A DNA stretch of 64,000 nucleotides from Vampirovibrionales bacterium (lineage in GTDB: Bacteria > Cyanobacteriota > Vampirovibrionia > Vampirovibrionales > JAJTHC01), in the NCBI GenBank assembly GCA_947458095.1, contig CANGYO010000001.1:6414-70413 (forward strand), read 5' to 3'. Position numbers and translations under genes: made by a program. Shown piece after piece: positions 45,152-53,821 of the stretch (positions are counted from its first letter, which is position 1; each line of letters starts with the position of its first letter). The notes beneath the pieces were generated by a model. It was given only the letters and a program-made list of their open reading frames with translations. It was not told the origin of the DNA and ran no database searches.

Positions 45152-47893
45152 ATGCCTCACCCGAACGTATCCCCTCAAGATGCCCTACCCACAGCCTATC
45201 AACCTCATACCATTGAATCCACCTGCTATACGTTTTGGCTGGAGCAGAACCTCTTTGAGCCTGATGTCGCTTTGAATGCTTGGTTTGACGCCCAAGGGCA
45301 GTCAACGCCCCAAGACAAATCGAGCATCCCTCATTTTAGTATGGTGATTCCGCCGCCGAATGTCACGGGTAACCTACACATGGGGCATGCCTTAGACAAC
45401 ACCATCCAAGATGTGTTTACCCGCTGGCACCGTATGCTAGGACACCGCACCTTATGGATGCCGGGGATGGATCACGCAGGCATTGCCACGCAATCGATTG
45501 TGGAGCGTCGTTTAAAGGCGGGCGACGTCGAAGGCTTTCCTAAAGGGACTTTACGACATGATTTGAGTCGTGAAGATTTTATTGAAAAAGTGTGGGATTG
45601 GGCAAAATCCTGCCAAGTCAATATCAAAACGCAGTTTCAACGTTTGGGCATTTCACCCGATTGGTCACGCTCTCGCTTTACGTTGGATGAAGGCTTGAGT
45701 GATGCCGTCCGTAAAACCTTTGTCGACTTATATAAAGACGGCCTCATCTATCGAGGCGAACGCATCGTGAATTGGGATCCTGCCACGCAATCGGCGATTT
45801 CGGATATTGAAACCGATTACACCGATGAAGAAGGTTATTTATGGCATATTGCTTATCCGTTAACGCACGGAGGTGGCGAACTCATTGTCGCCACGACTCG
45901 TCCTGAAACGCTGTTTGGAGACGTGGCAGTGGCGGTCAATCCCAAGGATGAACGCTACTCCAAATACATTGGGCAGACCGTTTTATTGCCTCTTACAGGA
46001 CGCAAGATCCCTGTGATTGGGGACGATTATGTGGAAATCGAGTTTGGCACAGGGGCGTTGAAAATCACGCCTGCTCACGACCCCAATGACTTTGAAGTCG
46101 GCTCTCGGCATCAGTTGACGCCCCTGCGTATTTTTAATGACAAGGCGGAGCTACTTCCGCTGGACTTCATCCCTCAAGCCTTGCACGGCTTGGATCGCTG
46201 GAAGGTGCGGGAACAAGTTGAACACCTGCTTGAAGGGCAAGGCTACCTACGAGCCAAAAATCCGCATGCCCACCGTGTCGGACGCGCCCAACGTAGTGGC
46301 GAAGTCATCGAGCCGCTTTTGTCTAAGCAATGGTTCGTCAACACCAAACCCCTTGCTCAAGCGTGTTTAGACGCTTACGAAAGAGGCGAACTGCATTATG
46401 TGCCTGAACGCTGGGGCAAGGAATACTTGCGGTGGATGAATAATATTAATGACTGGTGTATTTCTCGTCAATTGTTGTGGGGGCATCGTATCCCCGCATG
46501 GCATCATAAAACGAGCGGTGAAATCTACGTTGGCGAAACGGCACCGCTCGATGCTGAAAACTGGAGCCAAGATCCAGATGTCTTGGATACCTGGTTTTCG
46601 TCAGGCTTATGGCCTTTTAGTACCATGGGCTGGCCCGATGAAAATGCTCAAGACTTTAAGGATTTTTATCCTACGTCGATGCTAGTAACAGGCTTTGATA
46701 TTATCTTCTTTTGGGTGGCTCGCATGACGATGTTTGGGCATCAAATGACGGGGAAATCGCCGTTTGAAACCGTGTACATTCACGGCTTAATTCGAGACGA
46801 AAAAGGGCAGAAGATGTCCAAATCCAAAGGCAATACGATCGATCCTGTTGTGGTGATTGACGAAAACGGCTGCGACGGTTTTCGCTTTGCCCTCATCAAC
46901 CTCATTACTTATGGCGGTCAAGATATTAAGCTTTCGAAAGACAAGCTAGAGCAAGGCAAGCTCTTTAGCAACAAATTGTGGAACGCGTCTCGCTTTGTGT
47001 TGATGCACTTGGAATCGGGCGAGATCGCCAGCGAACTCGACACCGCCTTATTGAGCGACATGGATCGTTGGATTTTGGGGCGTTATGAGTTTGTGGTGCG
47101 TGAAGCCAACCGCATGTTGAGCGAGCATCGTTTGGGCGAATATGCCCAACTCATGCTGGATTTCGTGTGGTACCAGTTCTGCGATTGGTACATTGAATAT
47201 GCCAAAGCCCCTATGAAAAGCGAAGATGAGGCTCTTAAAGCCAACACTCGCTTGATTTTACACCAGTTGCTAGAAGGCATTCTGAAGTTGTTGCATCCCA
47301 TTATGCCGTATATCACGGAAGCCTTATGGCAACGCTTGCCCTTGAAAAAAGGGATTAGTATTAGCGTTTCGGCGTTTCCTCAACAGGAAAATCTCTATTA
47401 CCACAATAGCAATTTGAATGAAGAAGTGAGCTTTTTGCTCGGGGTTGTGCGTGCTTTGAGGCAGATTCGCCAGCAGTACAATGTACCGCCTTCTAAGCCT
47501 GTCGATGCCTTGTTTGAAGCATCGGAAGGGCAGGATTACCGTGTGCTTCAACGCACCCAAGAGACCTTGCGTCACTTTGTGGCGTTGGGGGAACTCACCA
47601 TTGAACGGCAAATTACGCAGAAGCCTGAACAAGTGGCGACTGGCGTGGTAGGGCATTGTAAAATCATGGTGCCGTTGGCGGGTTTGATCGATGTGGAGCA
47701 AGAAGTGGCTCGTTTAAAGAAGCAAGAAGCAACCTTGAGCAAGGAGCAACAAAAGCTATTGGGGATGCTCAACAATCCGCAGTTTTTGGCTCGTGCCAGT
47801 GAAGAGGTGGTGTCGAAAAACAAGCACTTGTTGGATGAAGTCAATCAACAGCTTCGTCTGCTAGAAGAGCAATTGCACGGCTTGTTGGGCTAG
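45152..47893 (+). CDS. valS: Valine--tRNA ligase
   Basis: It has a HIGH-type motif (PPPNVTGNLHMGHAL) and KMSKS (QKMSKSKGN), and a C-terminal coiled coil, in a 913 aa ORF. Confidence 0.9.
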   Translation: MPHPNVSPQDALPTAYQPHTIESTCYTFWLEQNLFEPDVALNAWFDAQGQSTPQDKSSIPHFSMVIPPPNVTGNLHMGHALDNTIQDVFTRWHRMLGHRTLWMPGMDHAGIATQSIVERRLKAGDVEGFPKGTLRHDLSREDFIEKVWDWAKSCQVNIKTQFQRLGISPDWSRSRFTLDEGLSDAVRKTFVDLYKDGLIYRGERIVNWDPATQSAISDIETDYTDEEGYLWHIAYPLTHGGGELIVATTRPETLFGDVAVAVNPKDERYSKYIGQTVLLPLTGRKIPVIGDDYVEIEFGTGALKITPAHDPNDFEVGSRHQLTPLRIFNDKAELLPLDFIPQALHGLDRWKVREQVEHLLEGQGYLRAKNPHAHRVGRAQRSGEVIEPLLSKQWFVNTKPLAQACLDAYERGELHYVPERWGKEYLRWMNNINDWCISRQLLWGHRIPAWHHKTSGEIYVGETAPLDAENWSQDPDVLDTWFSSGLWPFSTMGWPDENAQDFKDFYPTSMLVTGFDIIFFWVARMTMFGHQMTGKSPFETVYIHGLIRDEKGQKMSKSKGNTIDPVVVIDENGCDGFRFALINLITYGGQDIKLSKDKLEQGKLFSNKLWNASRFVLMHLESGEIASELDTALLSDMDRWILGRYEFVVREANRMLSEHRLGEYAQLMLDFVWYQFCDWYIEYAKAPMKSEDEALKANTRLILHQLLEGILKLLHPIMPYITEALWQRLPLKKGISISVSAFPQQENLYYHNSNLNEEVSFLLGVVRALRQIRQQYNVPPSKPVDALFEASEGQDYRVLQRTQETLRHFVALGELTIERQITQKPEQVATGVVGHCKIMVPLAGLIDVEQEVARLKKQEATLSKEQQKLLGMLNNPQFLARASEEVVSKNKHLLDEVNQQLRLLEEQLHGLLG

Positions 47894-47919
47894 TCGTTCC
47901 GATTTAGAGCAAGGGTAAG

Positions 47920-48399
47920 ATGGCGTCTCTATTGCTGGTGGTGTTAGGAGCCTCTGTACTGACAGGTGTCACGAACGTTACAGGCGTTTTGGGTATTTTA
48001 TGCGTCGAGTTTTTTGAGATGGAAGACGGCAACTTGCTGGTGAACGAACTTGCCCCACGTCCGCATAATTCGGGGCATTTCACGATCGAAGCCTGCCATG
48101 TGAGCCAGTATCAGCAACAAGTGAACGCCTTAACAGGCATGCCCTTGGGCAATGCAGAAATGCACGTTAAAGCCGTGGGATTGATGAACTTGTTGAGCAA
48201 TCGTTGGAGTAAGAAGGGGGATTCCCCAAATTGGCAGGAGTTGTTGTCTCGTTACCCTCGTTTGAGTGTGCATTTGTATGGCAAGAAGGAGTTGCGTCCT
48301 AACCGTAAAATGGGGCATATTACGTTGACGAAAAAGGATACGGCTATGGTGGAATCGGCGTTTGACGAAATTAACGCCATGCTCACCACTTACGATTAA
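47920..48399 (+). pseudogene. purK: 5'-truncated remnant of N5-carboxyaminoimidazole ribonucleotide synthase (only the C-terminal ~150 aa)
   Basis: GILCVEFFEMEDGNLLVNELAPRPHNSGHFTIEACHVSQYQQQVNALTGMPLG...KMGHITL matches the PurK ATP-grasp C-terminal half. The N-terminal ~200 aa are absent. It starts 27 nt after the valS stop. Confidence 0.55.
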
Positions 48400-48437
48400 A
48401 CGGTATCGACTGAAAGCGTCGTGATGCAAGATTAGAA

Positions 48438-49298
48438 TTACTTGGCTGAAAGGTTGTCGCTCCATGCCTTAAGCAAGGCGATGTAGGTGTCCAAGGTATG
48501 TTGATACTCCAGAGCCGTCATGTGACGTCCTTTGGGTATTGTGGTTAAATTTGTAGAGATGGGAGGCTCACTTTGGAAGCTGAAAAGGGTATGCTTAGGT
48601 TCATCTACACAAGGGACGTTCTGAAATACATGCACGTTCAAAAGACTATCCTCTTTATGATTCAATAGTCTCTCGTATTTTGTAGGGCGACTCAAAATTC
48701 CTTCAAGTTGAGTTTCCTTTGGAAAGGCTGAAGATATATTACGGCTACCACTTACCCAGGCGTAGCTTGTCAAAATAGATGGAACAAATATTTTTTTTAA
48801 TTGACCTAATGTCTCTGCCATAAAATCGATATAGGGAACTAATCCCCCCTTTTCTTTTGAAAAAGCTTCTAGTATTAAGCTGTAAGACTTAGTCGCATTT
48901 TCACCCTGAGAATTGATTCTTTGTTCGTAATGCGGATCTGAATTATTAGGATTTAATAAATCATCGAATTCTCTATTATCAAAGTAAGAGTGTTCCATCT
49001 CGACATATTTAGCTGTTTTCGTCTCCATTGTCTTCTCGACAAAGCTATCGAAATTCATACCATCATTATAACCTTCTAATAATTGGCTTAGCTGCTTGTT
49101 TTGCTTAAAAGAAAAGTCGTCAAATTTAAAAAAGACTTGTAAATCTATTGAATAAGGATTCTTTCCTCCACCATCTCCTTCGGGGAAAGGCGGCAAGGGT
49201 GGAAAGCCTCCCCGCCAAAAGGGGACTATGCTAGAGATTCCTTCAGTGGGTCTCCCAAGATTTGAAACAGCTAGAGAACGAGGTAACGTTAGTGTCAT
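48438..49298 (-). CDS. Hypothetical protein in an AT-rich (probably horizontally acquired) segment, upstream of the heptosyltransferase
   Basis: The 286 aa ORF has no recognisable domain. GC is markedly lower than its neighbours from about 48500 to 49420. Confidence 0.35.
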   Translation of the reverse strand: MTLTLPRSLAVSNLGRPTEGISSIVPFWRGGFPPLPPFPEGDGGGKNPYSIDLQVFFKFDDFSFKQNKQLSQLLEGYNDGMNFDSFVEKTMETKTAKYVEMEHSYFDNREFDDLLNPNNSDPHYEQRINSQGENATKSYSLILEAFSKEKGGLVPYIDFMAETLGQLKKIFVPSILTSYAWVSGSRNISSAFPKETQLEGILSRPTKYERLLNHKEDSLLNVHVFQNVPCVDEPKHTLFSFQSEPPISTNLTTIPKGRHMTALEYQHTLDTYIALLKAWSDNLSAK

Positions 49299-49424
49299 AA
49301 AAAATATTTCCTTTCGAGATAAAGAGCATCAGTAAAGTTTGCAGAGGTTTTTTCAAACGAAGAAGCCCAAGTAATGGCTTTAACGCAGATCATAAAAATA
49401 GTGTGCTATCTCAAATGCGACACA

Positions 49425-50543
49425 TCACAACTGTGACAAAACCGTTACAACCGAAAGCGTCTTCATGCAGGCGTTGGTCCCCAAGGGGCAGACCTTCTTA
49501 TGACAGGGCATGCACGGTAAATTCACATGCAAGTTGACGGCCTTGCCACTCGCGCCCCCCGTGCGTAACGGATGCGTCGGGCCGAGCAGTGAAACGACTT
49601 TCCCTGTTGAATGCACGCCTTCTCGAATCAGCCAATCCATGAGGTGCAAGGGAGCAGAATCGGATCCCACCAGTACATCCAACTTTTTTAGCACGTGCAT
49701 GAGCTGTAGTAAACTCGTTTGACCTTCCAAGTGAATCAAACGGGCTTGAGCATTTTGTGAAAGCCCTTGAGCCAAGGTCTGCCATTTTTCCACTTCCGCA
49801 GGGCTACCGATGCACACGCCTAAGGCGTGTGGGTGCTTTTCAAAGACGCTTTCAATCAAACCCTGCCAATGAGACGAGTCCCAATGCTTGGATGCCCACA
49901 TCGTAAAAGGGGCGAGTCCGATTAGCGACTTGCCTTCTTCGTGAGCCACGTCTAACGCATTGAACAAGGGCGTTTTCGGTAAGGGGGGCTTCCATTCTAA
50001 AGGTGCTAAATCAGGCAAGTCGGCTTCTAAGTGCTTGTTCCAAGGGGCAAGCAGGGACAAGAACTCTTGCGTAGCGTGTTGCGTGGGCTGAAAGAATCCG
50101 CCTAAGCAAGCAGGCGTGGCGGTATACAGAAAACGGGCTTGTTCGCGAGCGTTGGCGAATCCCACCCGATGCGGAATACCCACCACAAAAGGCAAAACTG
50201 CACTTTTGTTGAGTCCCTGCACATCAATGGCAAGCTCATAATGTTGGGCATGAATTTCATTCAAGCAATGATGCACCTTGGCATCCACATGTCCGAGCTT
50301 GTTGAGGTGAAGGAGTTCCCACACCCACGCCTTGCTCCACGCCTTATTCGGCAAGATATGCACGGCGTTGAGCCATGGCATCACGGGCTTGAGCAGGCTT
50401 GCCCCTGCTTCACCCACCGCCCAACCGATAAAGGCATGGGGGAATCGTTGACGTAGGCGTTTCAAGGTATCAAAACTTTGCACAATATCGCCATTGGCAC
50501 TCAATCGAACGAGTAAAATACGTTTGGGTTCCTTTGGCAACAT
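49425..50543 (-). CDS. ADP-heptose:LPS heptosyltransferase (GT9)
   Basis: The N-terminus KRILLVRLSANGDIVQSFDTLKRLRQRFPHAFIGWAVGE is GT9-typical. The C-terminal domain includes GSDSAPLHLMDWL. Confidence 0.8.
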   Translation of the reverse strand: MLPKEPKRILLVRLSANGDIVQSFDTLKRLRQRFPHAFIGWAVGEAGASLLKPVMPWLNAVHILPNKAWSKAWVWELLHLNKLGHVDAKVHHCLNEIHAQHYELAIDVQGLNKSAVLPFVVGIPHRVGFANAREQARFLYTATPACLGGFFQPTQHATQEFLSLLAPWNKHLEADLPDLAPLEWKPPLPKTPLFNALDVAHEEGKSLIGLAPFTMWASKHWDSSHWQGLIESVFEKHPHALGVCIGSPAEVEKWQTLAQGLSQNAQARLIHLEGQTSLLQLMHVLKKLDVLVGSDSAPLHLMDWLIREGVHSTGKVVSLLGPTHPLRTGGASGKAVNLHVNLPCMPCHKKVCPLGTNACMKTLSVVTVLSQL

Positions 50544-50584
50544 TGAATTAAATCCTATCGTTTTGCTATAGAAAGATCTGTGAA

Positions 50585-50700
50585 AGTGGCTTTACTCCCT
50601 CTCCCTTTGGGAGAGGGTTGGGGTGAGGCTTGCAGGATGCCCTTTATAGCTGGTGTTTCCCTCATCCTAGCCTTCTCCCAAAGGGATAAGGAACAAGGCA
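50585..50700. repeat. Palindromic element P7 (same sub-family as 9955-10057)
   Basis: ggctttactccctctccctttgggagagggttggggtgagg...ccctcatcctagccttctcccaaagggataaggaacaagg. Confidence 0.65.
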
Positions 50701-50721
50701 AATAGACTTTCGCAGAGCTTT

Positions 50722-51735
50722 CTATATCTGTTGCCGTCTTAAATATAGGTTCTCGTTCCAACTCACATCCACCCGATCGATCAAGTTTTTGGGGGACGCT
50801 TCATTAAGTTCGTGGATCTTCTTCAACGCAGGCTTTAAACGAGCCAACCGCTTGAAGATGCCTACATCCAATAAACCAGCCACCACCACCACAGGATGCC
50901 CCTCTAGGGTGACATCGAGTTGTAGGTGCTGGCGTTTAGAAAGCGTGACACTTTCAACATCCACGCCTTTAATTTGACGGATTCCTTCAATAATACGGTC
51001 TAAGTGTTCCAATCGCTGTTGACGAGCTTGAGGACTCAAACGACGGTAATCGTCCGTGTCCATAAACATGAAGGTGAAGCGATCGGCGAGGGCTTCTTTA
51101 GGCAACTGATACTGGTTTTTGGTAAAATGCAAACTTTTATACGAATCCAAGACAAAGGCGTAGGGAGGGGGTACCTTTTGACTCGTCTTATTGTGGTGAT
51201 GCCACGCCAAGACGCTCGCCTTTTCCCACGGATTGTACACCAGCCCCCACGGACGATGCTCACTCACTCGCAACAACACATGCGGTTTCGGCAATAGCAC
51301 ACGGCGAACTTGCACTCGATCAATCAAGGGGTCGCTGGCTTCTAAGACTTTCGCCACTTGTGCAGGATTCACCGTCAATAAATGCGTGCCAAGCACCTGT
51401 TTCATGCCTTGCTTGAGTCGAGATGCTTGCATCATGCGGTTGCCTTCCACTTGCACTCGCTGGGGCGTCAACGTCCAATACGGTTGAATCAACCAAAGAT
51501 AGATCCCGTAAAACAACCCGACAAAGACCACGAATCGAGCGACTTCTATAAGGCGAGCCTGCCACAAACGCTGGATCTTTTCACGTCGACGCAAACGAGC
51601 GTCCGCTTCAGGGGAAAGTTCAAGTGACGGGGGAGGCTCCGTCGAGGAAACGTCAGGTAAAGACGACACCAGCAAAGACGGTGAGTCTTTCTCTTCAACA
51701 GGACTTTGCTTTTCTTCTGAAACGTCTTCTGACAT
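50722..51735 (-). CDS. ftsQ: Cell division protein FtsQ (POTRA domain)
   Basis: It has an acidic/Ser-rich N-terminus and a TM helix (VARFVVFVGLFYGIYLWL), followed by POTRA and FtsQ domains. It sits at the end of murC-murB-ddl. Confidence 0.7.
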   Translation of the reverse strand: MSEDVSEEKQSPVEEKDSPSLLVSSLPDVSSTEPPPSLELSPEADARLRRREKIQRLWQARLIEVARFVVFVGLFYGIYLWLIQPYWTLTPQRVQVEGNRMMQASRLKQGMKQVLGTHLLTVNPAQVAKVLEASDPLIDRVQVRRVLLPKPHVLLRVSEHRPWGLVYNPWEKASVLAWHHHNKTSQKVPPPYAFVLDSYKSLHFTKNQYQLPKEALADRFTFMFMDTDDYRRLSPQARQQRLEHLDRIIEGIRQIKGVDVESVTLSKRQHLQLDVTLEGHPVVVVAGLLDVGIFKRLARLKPALKKIHELNEASPKNLIDRVDVSWNENLYLRRQQI

Positions 51736-51753
51736 GTTCCGATTTTCCTTTAG

Positions 51754-52806
51754 TTACGCAAAGCTCGGGGTTTGACGTTTAGCAATAAGTTCAGGGGTCT
51801 GAACGGCGGTGTGCAAGACATGGTTCACCAGCGTGTCATACGCAATGCCCATGGCGTTGCATTGGGCCGGTAAATCGCTTAAGTCCGTCATACCGGGGAT
51901 GCTGTTGACTTCTAAAATGTAGAAATCGCCTGCTTCTGTGGTGACAAAATCGGTGCGACTCATCCCATGGCAACCCAGCGTTTCATGTACAGCAAGGGCT
52001 TCATCTTGGATGGCTTTTGTGGCGTCAGGTGTGAGTTCCGCAGGCAGAATGAATTCCGTCAACCCCTTGGTGTACTTGGCTTTGGTGTCGTACCACCCTG
52101 TTTTAGGACGCAGTTCTAAAATCGGCGTCACCGTTGGCACGCCGTCCACATTCACCACACCCACGGTGAGATCCTTGCCTTTGGCGAAGCGTTCCACCAT
52201 GATTTTTCCACCATGTTCAGCGGCTAAATCTAGGGCATCGACGAGTTCATCGGCATGTTCGACTTTTGACATCCCAACGCTTGAGCCTGTTTGTAAAGGT
52301 TTCACCATCATCGGCAAGCCAATTTCTTTTAAGAGACTTTCGATAAAATGAAAATCAGCCCCTTCATCAGGGTTCCAATAAAAGGTCTTCGACGCCAAAA
52401 CAGGATGCCCCCCTGCTTTGAGGACACGCTTGGTCAAGTCTTTGTCCATCGTAATCGCACTGGCTTGAAGACGGTTGCCTGTATAAGGGATGCCCAATAT
52501 CTCAAGCAAGCCTTGAATGGCGCCGTCTTCGCCTTGTTCACCATGGACAGCCAAAAAGGCGACTTGTACATTTAAATCCAGTAAGACTTGGGGCAGGTAC
52601 TTGTCGACTTCAATGAGTTTCACATGCGTGTAACCCAATCTTAGCAAGGCTTCGTAGCAATTTTTGCCTGAACGCAGAGACACCTCACGCTCTGAAGAGG
52701 CTCCTCCGCAAAGCACCGCAATGCGAGCCGAAGGGTTAATTTGAAGCAAACCGTGCGTGGCAGGATTCGTCCAGCCTTCAAAGGGATTCGTTTGAACGAC
52801 GAGCAT
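51754..52806 (-). CDS. ddl: D-alanine--D-alanine ligase
   Basis: It has an ATP-grasp fold (GEDGAIQGLLEILGIPYTG, LEVNSIPGMT). Confidence 0.85.
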   Translation of the reverse strand: MLVVQTNPFEGWTNPATHGLLQINPSARIAVLCGGASSEREVSLRSGKNCYEALLRLGYTHVKLIEVDKYLPQVLLDLNVQVAFLAVHGEQGEDGAIQGLLEILGIPYTGNRLQASAITMDKDLTKRVLKAGGHPVLASKTFYWNPDEGADFHFIESLLKEIGLPMMVKPLQTGSSVGMSKVEHADELVDALDLAAEHGGKIMVERFAKGKDLTVGVVNVDGVPTVTPILELRPKTGWYDTKAKYTKGLTEFILPAELTPDATKAIQDEALAVHETLGCHGMSRTDFVTTEAGDFYILEVNSIPGMTDLSDLPAQCNAMGIAYDTLVNHVLHTAVQTPELIAKRQTPSFA

Positions 52807-53821
52807 GGTGGGGGTCTCCTTCTTTAAGGGCGTGCCATAAGGTTTTTTCTGCTTCGGTGGCTAGCCCAATGAAACGGTTTTCGGGGTAGATGCGTAGTGT
52901 GTAAGCGTCCCACACGGCGACTTGCATCTGTCGCATAAGGGTGAGGACATCGGTAGATGTGGCGTGATTCGTATTGACGATAAAATTGGCGTGTAAGACA
53001 CTAACTTCCGCACCGCCGACCTTCCACGTGCCTTTTGCGCCTAAATCTTCGAGCAATTTGCCCGCACTTAGAACGACGTCTCCACCTTGAGGGGGCGTGG
53101 TGGGGTTGCGGAAGACACTGCCTCCGTTGGGTTCAATCGGGTGATGTGCTTTTCGAAACGCGATATTTCGCTCCATGAGGGCTTTGCTTTCAGAAACATC
53201 CCCTGCTTGAAAACGGCATTCCGTGGCGAGAATAATCTGTTTTTGAGAATCCACCGCACTATAGCGATAGTCATAGGCTAAATCAGATGCTTCCACCCAA
53301 TCGGCGATGCCTTTTTGAAGGTCAAATACGAAAACACGCTCCACAATGCGAGCCGTGTCCTGCCCCATGGCTCCTGCGTTCATCACGGCGGCTCCGCCCA
53401 TCGTACCGGGAATACCGATCATGTATTCGCCCCACTGAAAGCCTGCTTCGACAACCGTGTGAGCCACTTTCGCCAAATGCACGCCTGCTTCAATCAAGAA
53501 GCGTCCGTCGCCGAGGGCTTGCATGTTGGCTAACTTGCGAGTAATCAGCGTATGCCCTGCAATGCCAGCACTGGCGATTAAGGTATTGCTCCCCCAACCC
53601 AGCACATTGAGCGTGGTTTCGCCTGATTTCACCTTGGGAGCTAAATGCTGCAAGACGTCCACGGCTTCATCAAGCGTGGTGGGAAACCATGCGACATCCA
53701 TATTACCCCCAATGCGATACGTCGAATACGGCGCTGACGGCTTCTCATATTCAGGGGAAAAACTCACGGAAGCGTGTGACGACGGTGTGTCAAGCATGAG
53801 CAGATGCCTCCTCTGACTCAA
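52778..53821 (-). CDS. murB: UDP-N-acetylenolpyruvoylglucosamine reductase
   Basis: It has an FAD-binding domain and MurB motifs (GGAEVSVLHANFIVN, SVFRNP). It overlaps ddl by 29 nt and murC by 32 nt. Confidence 0.85.
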   Translation of the reverse strand: MSQRRHLLMLDTPSSHASVSFSPEYEKPSAPYSTYRIGGNMDVAWFPTTLDEAVDVLQHLAPKVKSGETTLNVLGWGSNTLIASAGIAGHTLITRKLANMQALGDGRFLIEAGVHLAKVAHTVVEAGFQWGEYMIGIPGTMGGAAVMNAGAMGQDTARIVERVFVFDLQKGIADWVEASDLAYDYRYSAVDSQKQIILATECRFQAGDVSESKALMERNIAFRKAHHPIEPNGGSVFRNPTTPPQGGDVVLSAGKLLEDLGAKGTWKVGGAEVSVLHANFIVNTNHATSTDVLTLMRQMQVAVWDAYTLRIYPENRFIGLATEAEKTLWHALKEGDPHHARRSNESL

